64,000 nucleotides of DNA from Alkalispirochaeta sp. (GTDB lineage: Bacteria > Spirochaetota > Spirochaetia > DSM-27196 > Alkalispirochaetaceae). The first letter of the stretch is position 1, and every line of letters starts with the position of its first letter. This document shows positions 1-9,147 of this stretch, in pieces. The notes under the pieces were generated by a model that saw only the letters and a list, made by a program, of their open reading frames with translations, was not told where the DNA came from and did no database searches. The stretch spans positions 672,001-736,000 of the forward strand of contig OZ271854.1 of NCBI GenBank assembly GCA_965601925.1, in the 5' to 3' direction. The translations under genes were made by a program, and so were the position numbers.

Positions 1-351
1 ACGACGATGCGTGCGGCGCACATTCGCTCCCACGCTGCGTCGCTCAAAAGCGGGCGATGTCTGCTATAGCGCGGCGTGATTTCGCCGCAAAGTGGTTTAT
101 CCGTCGTTGACGGCTGCATGGGGCGCCTCCTGAGCACGAAAGTACGTAACGCCGGGCGCCCGACAAGAAGCCTGAAAGACAAGCTCGCCGATCGACGTTC
201 CCCGGTGTATCATTCACTGTGCGCTTTGCGCGATGCCCCCATATCACCGTCTTGCGTCTCTATACCGCAATGACGATCATGCGTCGTACAGTGTATCGCC
301 GCCGCGGCGATTCGGCAAATACCCCACGAACTCGCGTCGGTGACCGTCAGC

Positions 352-1152
352 CTATACGGCGACCTCAATAACGCGATTATCGGCCGATAACGCGTCCAAT
401 ACTACCAATCTTGCCCGGGTCGGCACCTCAGGATTCACCAGCCACCGTAGGAGTTCCGCGACCTGCGTCGCGGCGACGATCGCAACCGAATGGGGCATGA
501 CCGGCTTCGGGGCCGCCTCGGTCCGCGCAAAGTCGTCGCCGAACACGGCGGCATATCCCACCTCGGGAGGGCGTAACACGACAACCTGGCCGTAATATCC
601 GGTCACACCCCCGTGGACGATTATGCGCGGAATATCCGTAGTATGATCGGGCGCCGGCGTGTGGAGATTCGTCTCAGAAATCGAACTCACCGTTTTATCG
701 GCCGTGTAATTCCAGCTCGCCACCGCAGCCGACTCCAGCGCACCCCGTGCCGCAAAGGAGTCCAGACAGTCGAAACAGATATCAACACCGTCTATGCGGC
801 GACCCAACGCCGAATCGGGGGTTACCGCCTCCGCGACGCCCTCGATATGAGCGCCGGGAACGATCGTCCTCAGACGCTCGACGGCCGCCTCGACTTTGAG
901 CCGTCCGAGATCGGCGTGCACGTACAGACTCTGACGATTGAGATCCGGCTCGTCCAAGACCCCCGGGTCCCAGATTTCCAGATGGTTCACCCCGAGGCGC
1001 ACGATCAGATCCAATACGTGGGAGCCGAGCCCTCCGGCGCCGGCGACCACGATCCGGGCTCCTCGGATGATCGCCCACTGCGTGTCGGAGAGAAGAGGTC
1101 GATGCCGGACAAAGAGCGCATCGGCTCCGAGCGCCGGTTCGCCCACGTTCAC
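352..1152 (-). CDS. ThiF/MoeB/HesA-family E1-like adenylyltransferase
   Basis: GAGGLGS nucleotide-binding loop, 'DLNRQSLY', 'DCLDSFAAR'. No CxxC zinc motifs. Overlaps the upstream Ubl gene by 4 nt. Confidence 0.85.
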   Translation of the reverse strand: MNVGEPALGADALFVRHRPLLSDTQWAIIRGARIVVAGAGGLGSHVLDLIVRLGVNHLEIWDPGVLDEPDLNRQSLYVHADLGRLKVEAAVERLRTIVPGAHIEGVAEAVTPDSALGRRIDGVDICFDCLDSFAARGALESAAVASWNYTADKTVSSISETNLHTPAPDHTTDIPRIIVHGGVTGYYGQVVVLRPPEVGYAAVFGDDFARTEAAPKPVMPHSVAIVAATQVAELLRWLVNPEVPTRARLVVLDALSADNRVIEVAV

Positions 1153-1445
1153 CCGCCTCCGGCCGGTGGGAAGACGCTGAACACTTCGCCGGCGACCGGC
1201 GTATTCAGCCCTTGGGCATGAATGACATTGTGACCGTCAATGAGGAGCATCGTGCCGGGACGAATGCTGTCGTCTACGTCCAAAAGCTTGGTCCGGATGT
1301 CCAACGCATGCCCTTTTGCGCGCGTGTATTCCTGGATCCAATCGATAAGCTCGCCGGCGGTGATCTCCGGTCCGTCGTAATCGATTTCGCGTATGTCGAG
1401 CTGCAATTGCAATGTCGCAAAGAGCTTGATCTTGATGTACGGCAC
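1149..1445 (-). CDS. MoaD/ThiS-family ubiquitin-like sulfur carrier
   Basis: Starts 'IKIKLFATL' and ends 'VFPPAGGG' (C-terminal di-Gly). Lies between AOR and the E1 enzyme. Confidence 0.9.
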   Translation of the reverse strand: MPYIKIKLFATLQLQLDIREIDYDGPEITAGELIDWIQEYTRAKGHALDIRTKLLDVDDSIRPGTMLLIDGHNVIHAQGLNTPVAGEVFSVFPPAGGG

Positions 1446-1572
1446 CGTCGCTCCTTTGAATCCACGGGCCGGGAGGGCCCGGTCCGTGCCTCATGTTCCG
1501 ATATCCGGCGGCGCGCACCACGCGATGCGAGAGGGGGATATCCTCCCTCCACATGGGCGCCCGCCGATCCCT

Positions 1573-3372
1573 CTACAGGCTCAACTCGGCCAGTTTCTCC
1601 TTGGTCGGCCGGCCCGTTGCGTCCCAGCCCCGGAGGCTGTAGAACTCGGGCAACATCTCCGGTAGTCGGTGCACCTGGCCTTTGTTGGGTCCCTCTTTCG
1701 CCGGCTCCTCGAAGAAACGCTTGGGAAGCGTATCCTCTTTGGGGTCGATTCCGGCGTCGAGGTTAAACTGGCGTTCCATGTTCCAGATACGTTCGCCGAC
1801 CTTGAGCATATCCTCTATCGTCAGATCGAATCCCGTGGCGCCGTTGATGAGCCCGTTGTAATCCGGAGCGCCGAGGGAGAAGGAGGTGAACAGACACAGC
1901 CCGGAGGAGTCGATGACACCGGTCAGATCCTGAAAGGCGATGACCCACTGCGGCTTGCCTTTCACGTCCTGGGGATCGATCTTCTCCGGCGCGCCGAGAA
2001 TCTCCGGTGAGATGAGGTAGGCGCGAACGTGGTCGGCGCCGCGGTTGCCGACGGCATACTCCAGACCGTGTCCTTGGACACCGCGCGGATCGTAGGCGGC
2101 GAGCTCCTGCTTCTTGATCGTCATCGAGAGCTCGGGATGGCCGTATCCGGTGGCGAAACGAAACGATCCGTCGGCCAGCTTGTCGCCGATCCCCTCGCGA
2201 TACCCCATCTGCTTGAGGTAGTACAGAAGCGATTCGGTGCTTCCGAAGTAGGGCTCCGGCCCCTTCTGGAGATCGTCTTTGGGGATAAATCCCTTCTCGT
2301 AGAGCTCCATCATGCAGGAGAGTGTAACGCCGGCGGAGATGGTATCCATTCCCAGATCGTTACACGTGAAGTTGGCGTCGCAGATGGCGTTGAGGTCGTC
2401 GATGCCCATCATGGCGCCGAAGGCCCATCCCGTCTCGTACTCCGGGCCCTCTCCACGTCGCCCGCTGGGGGTCTCGACGTCCCGCGCGCACCGTATCGGG
2501 CACATGTAACATCCGGTGTTACGGACCAAGTAGCCTTTCTCCACCAAGGCTTCGCCGGAGACCAGTTCGGTACCTTCGAACATGACGTCCTGGGCGTTGC
2601 GGGTCGGATACATCCCGTTTTGGTTGATGATATTGTCCAGCACCTTGGTTCCCAACGTGGGGAGCCCCTCGCCGGTAATGGCACCCTCTTTGAGCTTCTT
2701 GAGGTCCGCTTTGACCGCCGCCTTAAAGTCGTCCTCTTTGGCGATCGGCGAGTTTTTGTTACCCCACGTTACGACGGCCTTGAGATTCTTACTCCCCATG
2801 ACGGCGCCTACACCGCTGCGACCGGCCGCGCGATGCACCTCGTTCATGATCGAGGCGATCAGCACCAGCTTCTCTCCCGCCGGACCGATGCACGCCACCG
2901 ACGCGCGCTTTTGGCCGCTCTCCTCGGTGAGGATCTTGGTCGTCTCTTCAACGCGCTTACCCCATACGTGGGAGGCGTCCTTGATCTCGACGGTCTCCTC
3001 GTTCACGACGAGATACACCGGCTTGTCGGCCTTTCCCTCGAAGATTACGATGTCGTAACCGGCCTTTTTGAGATAGGCGCCGAAGACGCCGCCGGAGTTG
3101 CTCGAGGCGATCGTCCCGGTGAGAGGACTCTTGGTGACTACCATGTACCGACCGCCGGTGGGCGCACCGGTATTGGTCAGCGGACCGGTGGCGAAGATGA
3201 GTTTGTTGTCCGCCGAGAGCGCATCGACCTTCGGATCGATTTCATCGATGAGAATGCGTGAACCCAACCCACGCCCGCCGATATACAGCTTGGCGAGGTC
3301 CATCGGCGTCTCTTCGGTCGTGATGGAACCGGACGTCAAATTGACTCGGAGCATCTTACCCATGTACGACAT
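1573..3372 (-). CDS. aor: Tungsten-dependent aldehyde:ferredoxin oxidoreductase
   Basis: 'GKMLRVNL', 'KSPLTG', 'GRSGVGAVMGSKNLKAV', CYMCPIRC, 'EGPEYET', 'GMDTIS', 'YDPRG'. Start taken as MSYMGK behind AGGAGG. Confidence 0.93.
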   Translation of the reverse strand: MSYMGKMLRVNLTSGSITTEETPMDLAKLYIGGRGLGSRILIDEIDPKVDALSADNKLIFATGPLTNTGAPTGGRYMVVTKSPLTGTIASSNSGGVFGAYLKKAGYDIVIFEGKADKPVYLVVNEETVEIKDASHVWGKRVEETTKILTEESGQKRASVACIGPAGEKLVLIASIMNEVHRAAGRSGVGAVMGSKNLKAVVTWGNKNSPIAKEDDFKAAVKADLKKLKEGAITGEGLPTLGTKVLDNIINQNGMYPTRNAQDVMFEGTELVSGEALVEKGYLVRNTGCYMCPIRCARDVETPSGRRGEGPEYETGWAFGAMMGIDDLNAICDANFTCNDLGMDTISAGVTLSCMMELYEKGFIPKDDLQKGPEPYFGSTESLLYYLKQMGYREGIGDKLADGSFRFATGYGHPELSMTIKKQELAAYDPRGVQGHGLEYAVGNRGADHVRAYLISPEILGAPEKIDPQDVKGKPQWVIAFQDLTGVIDSSGLCLFTSFSLGAPDYNGLINGATGFDLTIEDMLKVGERIWNMERQFNLDAGIDPKEDTLPKRFFEEPAKEGPNKGQVHRLPEMLPEFYSLRGWDATGRPTKEKLAELSL

Positions 3373-3400
3373 TGCGTACCTCCTAGAGATTTGTGTGCTG

Positions 3401-3500
3401 TCCTCTTTTCCAAGCGCGGGAGGCGTCGGCGTTTCCACCGACACCCATTGGCCGTCGTCCGTAGTCGTGATGCGACCGTAGCACGTGCGGCTCAGAGGGG
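3401..3500 (-). ncRNA. Moco/Tuco riboswitch (Moco RNA motif), P3-less variant
   Basis: Minus strand reads CCUCUGAGCC...CUACGG...GGCCAAUGGGUGUCGGUGGAAACGCCGACGCCUCCCGCGCUUGGAAAAGAGG. P1 is CCUCU/AGAGG, P4 carries a GAAA loop, and the 'GCCUCCCG..UGGAAA' 3' signature is present. Lies in the aor 5' UTR. Confidence 0.85.
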
Positions 3501-3508
3501 TTGAATTT

Positions 3509-3537
3509 ATTTTCAATCACGGTCGGACGGATGTCAA
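3509..3537 (-). promoter_or_regulatory. sigma70-type promoter for riboswitch-aor
   Basis: TTGACA-N17-GAAAAT on the minus strand, directly upstream of the riboswitch. Confidence 0.65.
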
Positions 3538-3544
3538 GTTTTTC

Positions 3545-3574
3545 TTGACGAACCGCTTATGGTGGGAGAATAAT
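3545..3574 (+). promoter_or_regulatory. Divergent sigma70-type promoter for tupA
   Basis: TTGACG-N18-AATAAT, back-to-back with the aor -35. Confidence 0.45.
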
Positions 3575-3662
3575 GATCCTATTATAGAAAACAAACGGGT
3601 TGTGTCCACATCGCGCGCGTAACCGCGATGCGTGCATACCCGCCCCCTCGGAGGACAACAGC

Positions 3663-4520
3663 ATGAAGCGTTTCGTATTCTTCCTCGGGCTCTGCATACT
3701 CGCCGTCGCCACGCTTACCGCGGCAGGCCGGAGAGAATCGACCTCGGAAATGCCGTCCGCACTCGCCGAGGCGCAGGCCGACCGCGTTCGACTCGCAACG
3801 ACGACGAGCACCGAGAACTCGGGCCTCCTCGACTCGATTCTGCCGGTCTTCACCGAGATGTACGGTATCGCCGTCGACGTGGTAGCCGTCGGCACCGGAG
3901 CGGCACTGGAGTTAGGGCGTAACGGTGATGCGGACGTCGTTATGGTGCACGCCCGTAGTTTAGAGGATCAATTCGTCGTCGCCGGATACGGTGTAAACCG
4001 TCGCGACATTATGTACAACGACTTCATTATCCTGGGTCCGGCCGACGATCCGGCCGGTATCGCCGACGCCGCGAGCGTGTCGGATGCCATGTCCCGGATC
4101 GCCGCCGCGGAGGTCGTGTTCATTTCCCGGGGCGACAACTCGGGTACGCACAACAGGGAACTCCAACTCTGGGAAACGGCCGGCATCGCGCCGGCGGGCC
4201 GCTGGTATCGAGAAGTGGGTCAGGGAATGGGGGCGGTTATCGCCATAGCCGACGAGGAGGAGGCGTATACCCTCGCCGATCGCGGTACCTTCCTCTCATT
4301 TCGTGGTGATATCGCCCTCGAGGTGCTCACGGAGGGCGATCAGGCGCTCTTTAACCCCTACGGAATCATTGCGGTCAATCCCGCTCTCCACGAACGCGCG
4401 AACTACATCGGCGCGATGGCGTTGATCGCCTTCCTTACTTCGCCTGAGGGACAGTCGCGTATCGGGGCGTTCCGCGTAGAGGGCGAGGCGCTGTTTACGC
4501 CGAATACCGCCGGATTCTGA
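3663..4520 (+). CDS. tupA: Tungstate ABC transporter substrate-binding protein
   Basis: 'LATTTSTENSGLL' (TTTS motif), 'VGTGAAL', 'SRGDNSGTH', signal peptide, GGAGG RBS. Confidence 0.92.
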   Translation: MKRFVFFLGLCILAVATLTAAGRRESTSEMPSALAEAQADRVRLATTTSTENSGLLDSILPVFTEMYGIAVDVVAVGTGAALELGRNGDADVVMVHARSLEDQFVVAGYGVNRRDIMYNDFIILGPADDPAGIADAASVSDAMSRIAAAEVVFISRGDNSGTHNRELQLWETAGIAPAGRWYREVGQGMGAVIAIADEEEAYTLADRGTFLSFRGDIALEVLTEGDQALFNPYGIIAVNPALHERANYIGAMALIAFLTSPEGQSRIGAFRVEGEALFTPNTAGF

Positions 4521-4557
4521 CTCCGATGAAATCGTTACGGATAGTGTACGCACCAGG

Positions 4558-5277
4558 ATGGAAGGTCCTCTCGTCGTAGCGCTTCGACTCATCGCCGCGG
4601 CGGACGCGGAGCTCATCGGCATCACGTGGCGGTCGGTACGGATAGCCCTCAGCTCGACCGTCCTCGCGGCGATTGTCGGGCTTCCCGCAGCGGGCTTTCT
4701 CGCTCTCACGCGCTTTCCGGGTCGTCGCTTCATACTCATCGTGAGCAACGCATTAATGGCCCTGCCTACCGTCGTGGTGGCGCTGGCGGTGTACGGCATC
4801 ATCTCGCGGAGCGGCCCCCTCGGCTATCTGGATCTTCTCTTCACTCCCGGGGCGATCATTGTGGGCCAGACGATTCTTCTCCTGCCGATCGTCGTCAGCC
4901 TCTCGACCGCGGCACTCGCTCACGCCGATCCCCGGTTGCAGGAGACCGCGATTTCGCTCGGGGCCGGCCCGGCGCGCCGACTACTCACCGTGGTGCGTGA
5001 GACCTCTCCTGCGATCTCGGCGGCGGTGCTCTCGGGATTCGGTCGCGCGATCGGCGAGGTCGGCGTATCGATGATGTTGGGTGGCAACATCCGCCATTAT
5101 ACGCGTACCATGACGACGGCCATCGCGCTGGAGACGAATCGCGGCGCATTCGACCTGGCGATCGCCCTGGGAATCATCTTGGTCGTGATCGCCCTGGGGG
5201 TAAACGGGGGGCTGCGCGCGCTGACGGAACTCGGAAGGAGTCGATATCGCCGGTCGGCGAGGGAGAAGGGTCGGTGA
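4558..5277 (+). CDS. tupB: Tungstate ABC transporter permease
   Basis: 'SRSGPLG', 'GRAIGEVG..MMLGGNI..YTRTMTTAIALE'. Confidence 0.9.
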   Translation: MEGPLVVALRLIAAADAELIGITWRSVRIALSSTVLAAIVGLPAAGFLALTRFPGRRFILIVSNALMALPTVVVALAVYGIISRSGPLGYLDLLFTPGAIIVGQTILLLPIVVSLSTAALAHADPRLQETAISLGAGPARRLLTVVRETSPAISAAVLSGFGRAIGEVGVSMMLGGNIRHYTRTMTTAIALETNRGAFDLAIALGIILVVIALGVNGGLRALTELGRSRYRRSAREKGR

Positions 5278-6308
5278 TTGAAATACGCAACGTGCGCGTT
5301 CGGTACCCCGAAAGTACTCGAGACGTCGTGAGCGACTGGACCCTGCGCTTCAACGCGGGCGACGTCGTCGTGCTATTCGGTCCCAACGGCAGCGGAAAGA
5401 CGACGGGCCTCAAAGCGATCGCCGGCATTTTGCGGCCGGAGACGATCGAGTCGAACATCGGATGCGAGGAGTGTGCCTATGTTCATCAGGATCCGTTGAT
5501 GTTTCACCGACGCGTGTACGCCAACATCGCCTACGGTCTCTCCACGACGGGCGTGGCAAGAAACGAGGTCGCCGAGCGGGTGCGCATCGCAGCCCGGCGG
5601 TGTAGCGTAGAGGACATCCTATCGCAACGCGCCACCCAACTCTCCGGCGGTCAACGACAGCGAGTAGCGATCGCACGCGCGCTCATTCTTGCGCGGACCG
5701 TGTTACTGCTGGACGAGCCGACGGCCAATCTGGACGGCCGGTCGCGGGATATCGTAGCGGACATCATCCGCGAAGAGTCGGCGGCGGGTCGGAGTGTGGT
5801 CCTGGCGAGTCACGACAGGGACTTCGCATATGAGGTGGGCGAGCGCTTCTACACGATGACCGACGGAGTGCTCAAATCGAGCGCCATCAATCTTATCCGC
5901 GGCACGACGGCGGTCGATGAGGACGGGCTGACCGCGGTGGAGGCGAGTCCGACGGCTCGCCTCTTCGGTAGAGCCGTGAACCCGATCGCCCTACGCGAAC
6001 CGGCGCGGGCGATCTTTCGACCCGAGGACGTGGTCCTTTCAAAGACGAACGTCACCTCGAGCGCGCTCAACGACATACCGGTGACGGTGGCTCACGTCGA
6101 GTCGCGCGGCGAGGGGAGCGCCCTCGTAGAGGTGATGCACCGCGAGGTCGAATCCGTACGGTTTTCCGCGATGATCTCCTATCGCTCGTTGCGTAGGCTC
6201 GAGATACGTCCCGGCGCAGAGCTCTTCGCCGCGATAAAGGCCTCGTCGATCACCGTTTACGCCGATTCCCGGCGCGTGTCGCCCCATGTAGAAGAGGAGA
6301 ACGGATGA
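5274..6308 (+). CDS. tupC: Tungstate ABC transporter ATPase with C-terminal TOBE domain
   Basis: GPNGSGKT, LSGGQ, LLDEPT; C-terminal 'SSALN...AAIKASSI'. Confidence 0.85.
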   Translation: MIEIRNVRVRYPESTRDVVSDWTLRFNAGDVVVLFGPNGSGKTTGLKAIAGILRPETIESNIGCEECAYVHQDPLMFHRRVYANIAYGLSTTGVARNEVAERVRIAARRCSVEDILSQRATQLSGGQRQRVAIARALILARTVLLLDEPTANLDGRSRDIVADIIREESAAGRSVVLASHDRDFAYEVGERFYTMTDGVLKSSAINLIRGTTAVDEDGLTAVEASPTARLFGRAVNPIALREPARAIFRPEDVVLSKTNVTSSALNDIPVTVAHVESRGEGSALVEVMHREVESVRFSAMISYRSLRRLEIRPGAELFAAIKASSITVYADSRRVSPHVEEENG

Positions 6309-7573
6309 GCAAACCGAATACCTTTCTGGAACCCGAGGAGGCGTATCGCATCGTTATGGAGGCGGTATCGCCTTTAGAGACGGAGACCGTAGCCCTTTCC
6401 GAAGCGGCCGGACGCGTCCTATCGGAACCGGTCGTCGCACGGCTGGATCAACCGCGATTTCGAAAGGCGGCGGTAGACGGCTACGGCGTGCGCCCCGATC
6501 AGGGGGTGCGGCCCTTCACGGTGGTCGGCACGATCGCCGCCGGTGACGAGGTCGATCCCGACGCCCCGTCCGAACTGGAGGCCGACCAGGGCCTACGCAT
6601 CATGACCGGTGCCGTCGTACCGGCCGGTATCGAACGAATCATCCGCTTCGAGTATGCCGAGGAGGTGCCTCCGAACGCGGCAGACGGAGAGAGCCTTGCG
6701 CCACGTGCTCGTGTCGCGATCCCCGAACAACCGACAAACATCGCGCTCCCGGGAGAAAACATCCGTGCCGGAGAGCCGCTATTGGGCCCTCGACGACTCA
6801 CCGCCTCGGATGTGGGCATTTTGGCGAGCCAGGGGCACGGGCGCGTTCCCGTCGTGCGCCGTCCCGAAGTGGCGATCTTTTCTACCGGGAGCGAGCTCTA
6901 CTCGCCGACGGAGGAGATCCTCCCGCCGTGGGCCATTTATGACAGCAACGGCTATCAACTCGCCGCCCTCGCGAAGTCGAATCTTGCGTCGGTGCACAAC
7001 TATGGTATACTAAAAGACAAGCAAGCATTCATTACGAGAGCGATTCGCGATGCCGTGGAGAAGTCCGACGTCGTCATCGTTTCCGGCGGCGTCTCTATGG
7101 GCGACCTCGATTACGTTCCCGCCGCACTGGCCGACATCGGCGCAACGCGCCTGTTTCACGGACTTGCCATGAAGCCCGGCAAGCCGACCTTATTCGCTAC
7201 ACTCGGAGAGAAGCTGCTGTTCGGACTACCGGGAAATCCGGTCTCTACCATGGCGCAGTTTGAACTCTTTATCGCGCCCGCCCTGCACGCGCTGCAGGGA
7301 CTCGACTATCGCCCGCGCGAAGGACGCTTTCCTTTGGCGTCTCCATACACGCGAGCCAAAGCGGACCGGCACGAGTTACGGCCGGGGTACTACCGCGATG
7401 GACTGGTTCACCAGATTACCTATCAAGGCTCGGGACATCTGAGCGCTCTCGCATCGGCCGATCTCATATTCAGGATCGATCGCGGTGTCGAGACGCTATC
7501 TGAGGGAGACATGGTGTATGCGCGATTCATTCGGCCGGACGATCGACTATCTTCGAATCTCGGTAACCGATAA
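6305..7573 (+). CDS. moeA: Molybdopterin molybdenum/tungsten transferase
   Basis: 'AAVDGY', 'IMTGA', 'STGSEL', 'SGGVSMGDLD', 'MKPGKP', 'LPGNPVS'. Confidence 0.92.
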   Translation: MSKPNTFLEPEEAYRIVMEAVSPLETETVALSEAAGRVLSEPVVARLDQPRFRKAAVDGYGVRPDQGVRPFTVVGTIAAGDEVDPDAPSELEADQGLRIMTGAVVPAGIERIIRFEYAEEVPPNAADGESLAPRARVAIPEQPTNIALPGENIRAGEPLLGPRRLTASDVGILASQGHGRVPVVRRPEVAIFSTGSELYSPTEEILPPWAIYDSNGYQLAALAKSNLASVHNYGILKDKQAFITRAIRDAVEKSDVVIVSGGVSMGDLDYVPAALADIGATRLFHGLAMKPGKPTLFATLGEKLLFGLPGNPVSTMAQFELFIAPALHALQGLDYRPREGRFPLASPYTRAKADRHELRPGYYRDGLVHQITYQGSGHLSALASADLIFRIDRGVETLSEGDMVYARFIRPDDRLSSNLGNR

Positions 7574-8321
7574 GTGTAACCAACGGTGCCGTTACTGCAT
7601 GCCCGCCTCGGGAATCGTGCATCGCCGCCACGACGAAGTGATGAGGATCGAGGAGTATCTCGCCGTCGTCGCCACGGCGGCGACGTTGGGCATCACGAAA
7701 GTTCGACTCACCGGCGGAGAGCCGTTGGTGCGGCACGGTATCGTGGAGTTGGTGGAGGGTATCGCCGGGGTCCCCGGCATCGAGATCGTAGCCATGACGA
7801 CCAACGGAACGCTCCTTGCCTCCATGGCTCGACCGTTGTATGAGGCCGGGTTGACGCATCTGAACATCTCCATCGACACGATGGATCCCGAGCGCTACTC
7901 CATTATCACGCGCGGAGGTCGTCTCGAACACGCGATCGCGGGTGCTCTGGCGGCGCGCGACATCGGGTTCGAGCGCATCAAAATCAACGTCGTCGCCGGG
8001 ACGCATTGGGTCGACTCCCCTGACCGCGTCGCCCTCGAGACGTTCTGTCGGCGCAACGGTTTCACGCTACAACGGATCGCGGAGTATGACCTTACCGCTC
8101 GCAAACAAGACACACGTACCTTCGAGCGCCCCCTCCCGTGCGGTACGTGCAATCGTATACGGCTGCTCTCTACCGGCCGTTTGAAGCCGTGCCTCCACTC
8201 GGATCAGGAGATTCCCGTGGATTTCAACGACATTGCCGAGTCGCTCAAACGCGCCGCGCTCGCCAAACCGAAACGCGGAACGGCGTGTACCAATCGCGGT
8301 ATGGTCGAGATAGGAGGATGA
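7518..8321 (+). CDS. moaA: GTP 3',8-cyclase (radical SAM), compact form
   Basis: 'DSFGRTIDYLRISVTDKCNQRCRYC', 'LTGGEPL', 'CGTCNRIRL..GRLKPCL', ends 'IGG'. Confidence 0.92.
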   Translation: MRDSFGRTIDYLRISVTDKCNQRCRYCMPASGIVHRRHDEVMRIEEYLAVVATAATLGITKVRLTGGEPLVRHGIVELVEGIAGVPGIEIVAMTTNGTLLASMARPLYEAGLTHLNISIDTMDPERYSIITRGGRLEHAIAGALAARDIGFERIKINVVAGTHWVDSPDRVALETFCRRNGFTLQRIAEYDLTARKQDTRTFERPLPCGTCNRIRLLSTGRLKPCLHSDQEIPVDFNDIAESLKRAALAKPKRGTACTNRGMVEIGG

Positions 8322-8323
8322 CG

Positions 8324-8800
8324 ATGGATCATGATCGTCGCCTCACACATGTCGACGCCGAGGGTACGGCGCGCATGGTCGACGTATCGTCGAAGCCGGC
8401 GGTCGTACGCACGGCAAAGGCGGCGGGATTCATACGACTCGCGCCGGCTACGGTGGGGCTCATCCGCGAAAACGGCGTCGCGAAGGGCGATGTACTCACG
8501 GTCGCGAAGATCGCCGGCGTCATGGGAGGGAAGCGTACCGCGGACCTGATTCCATTGTGCCACACGATCGAGATCGATCATATCGATGTACAGTTGAACC
8601 TCACGACCGACGGAGTGACGATCGAGGCGACGGCGCGCTGCACCGGGAAAACGGGGATCGAGATGGAGGCACTCGCGGCGGTAAGTGTCGCCGCGCTGAC
8701 GGTATACGATATGTGCAAGGCAGTCGACCGTACGATGGAGATCGGTGCGGTACGGCTTATCGAGAAGACGAAACGTGCGAAGGGGGACGAACGCGCGTAG
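8324..8800 (+). CDS. moaC: Cyclic pyranopterin monophosphate synthase
   Basis: 'LTHVD..G.ARMVDVS', 'LIPLCH', 'TGIEMEAL', 'YDMCKAVD'. AGGAGG RBS. Confidence 0.95.
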   Translation: MDHDRRLTHVDAEGTARMVDVSSKPAVVRTAKAAGFIRLAPATVGLIRENGVAKGDVLTVAKIAGVMGGKRTADLIPLCHTIEIDHIDVQLNLTTDGVTIEATARCTGKTGIEMEALAAVSVAALTVYDMCKAVDRTMEIGAVRLIEKTKRAKGDERA

Positions 8801-8872
8801 AATCGACGGAAAGATCGGACCGCGCGCCCGACTACGATACGCGACCGGGCGCACACGGCGGTTTGGGAGAGA

Positions 8873-9082
8873 TCAGTCGGTGGCGACCATCACATTGCTC
8901 GCCTTGACTACCGCGTAGGCGGTCGTTCCCGCCTTGAGGCCCAGCGACTCGGCACTCGACTTCGTAATGATGGCGGTAACCTCGACACCGGGAGCTACTT
9001 CGATCACAACTTCGGAGTTGACCGCTCCGTGATTGACCGCCTTTACCGTTCCCTTGAGCTGGTTGCGAGCACTGATGTTCAT
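8873..9082 (-). CDS. mop: Molbindin (single TOBE molybdate/tungstate-binding protein)
   Basis: 'MNISARNQLKGTV...AVVKASNVMV'. AGGAGG RBS. Confidence 0.92.
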   Translation of the reverse strand: MNISARNQLKGTVKAVNHGAVNSEVVIEVAPGVEVTAIITKSSAESLGLKAGTTAYAVVKASNVMVATD

Positions 9083-9147
9083 GTGGAACCTCCTGAATTA
9101 TGAAATATATCGGGGTACATAATGAAGAACATTGGTAGGATTAGGCA

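Noticed and set aside
1..351. Short ORFs or ncRNA at the window start
   Set aside because: No recognisable motifs, RBS or convincing structure.
2029..3261. 410-aa + strand ORF (and similar long ORFs at 17265-18374, 33971-35628, 60305-61473)
   Set aside because: Antisense shadows of well-supported genes, expected at high GC; no recognisable motifs.
3373..3516. 48-aa N-terminal extension of AOR in the ORF track
   Set aside because: It overlaps the riboswitch and promoter; the real start has AGGAGG at the family-typical N-terminus.
3533..3549. Palindrome GTCAAG-N5-CTTGAC as an operator
   Set aside because: Adequately explained by two back-to-back -35 boxes.
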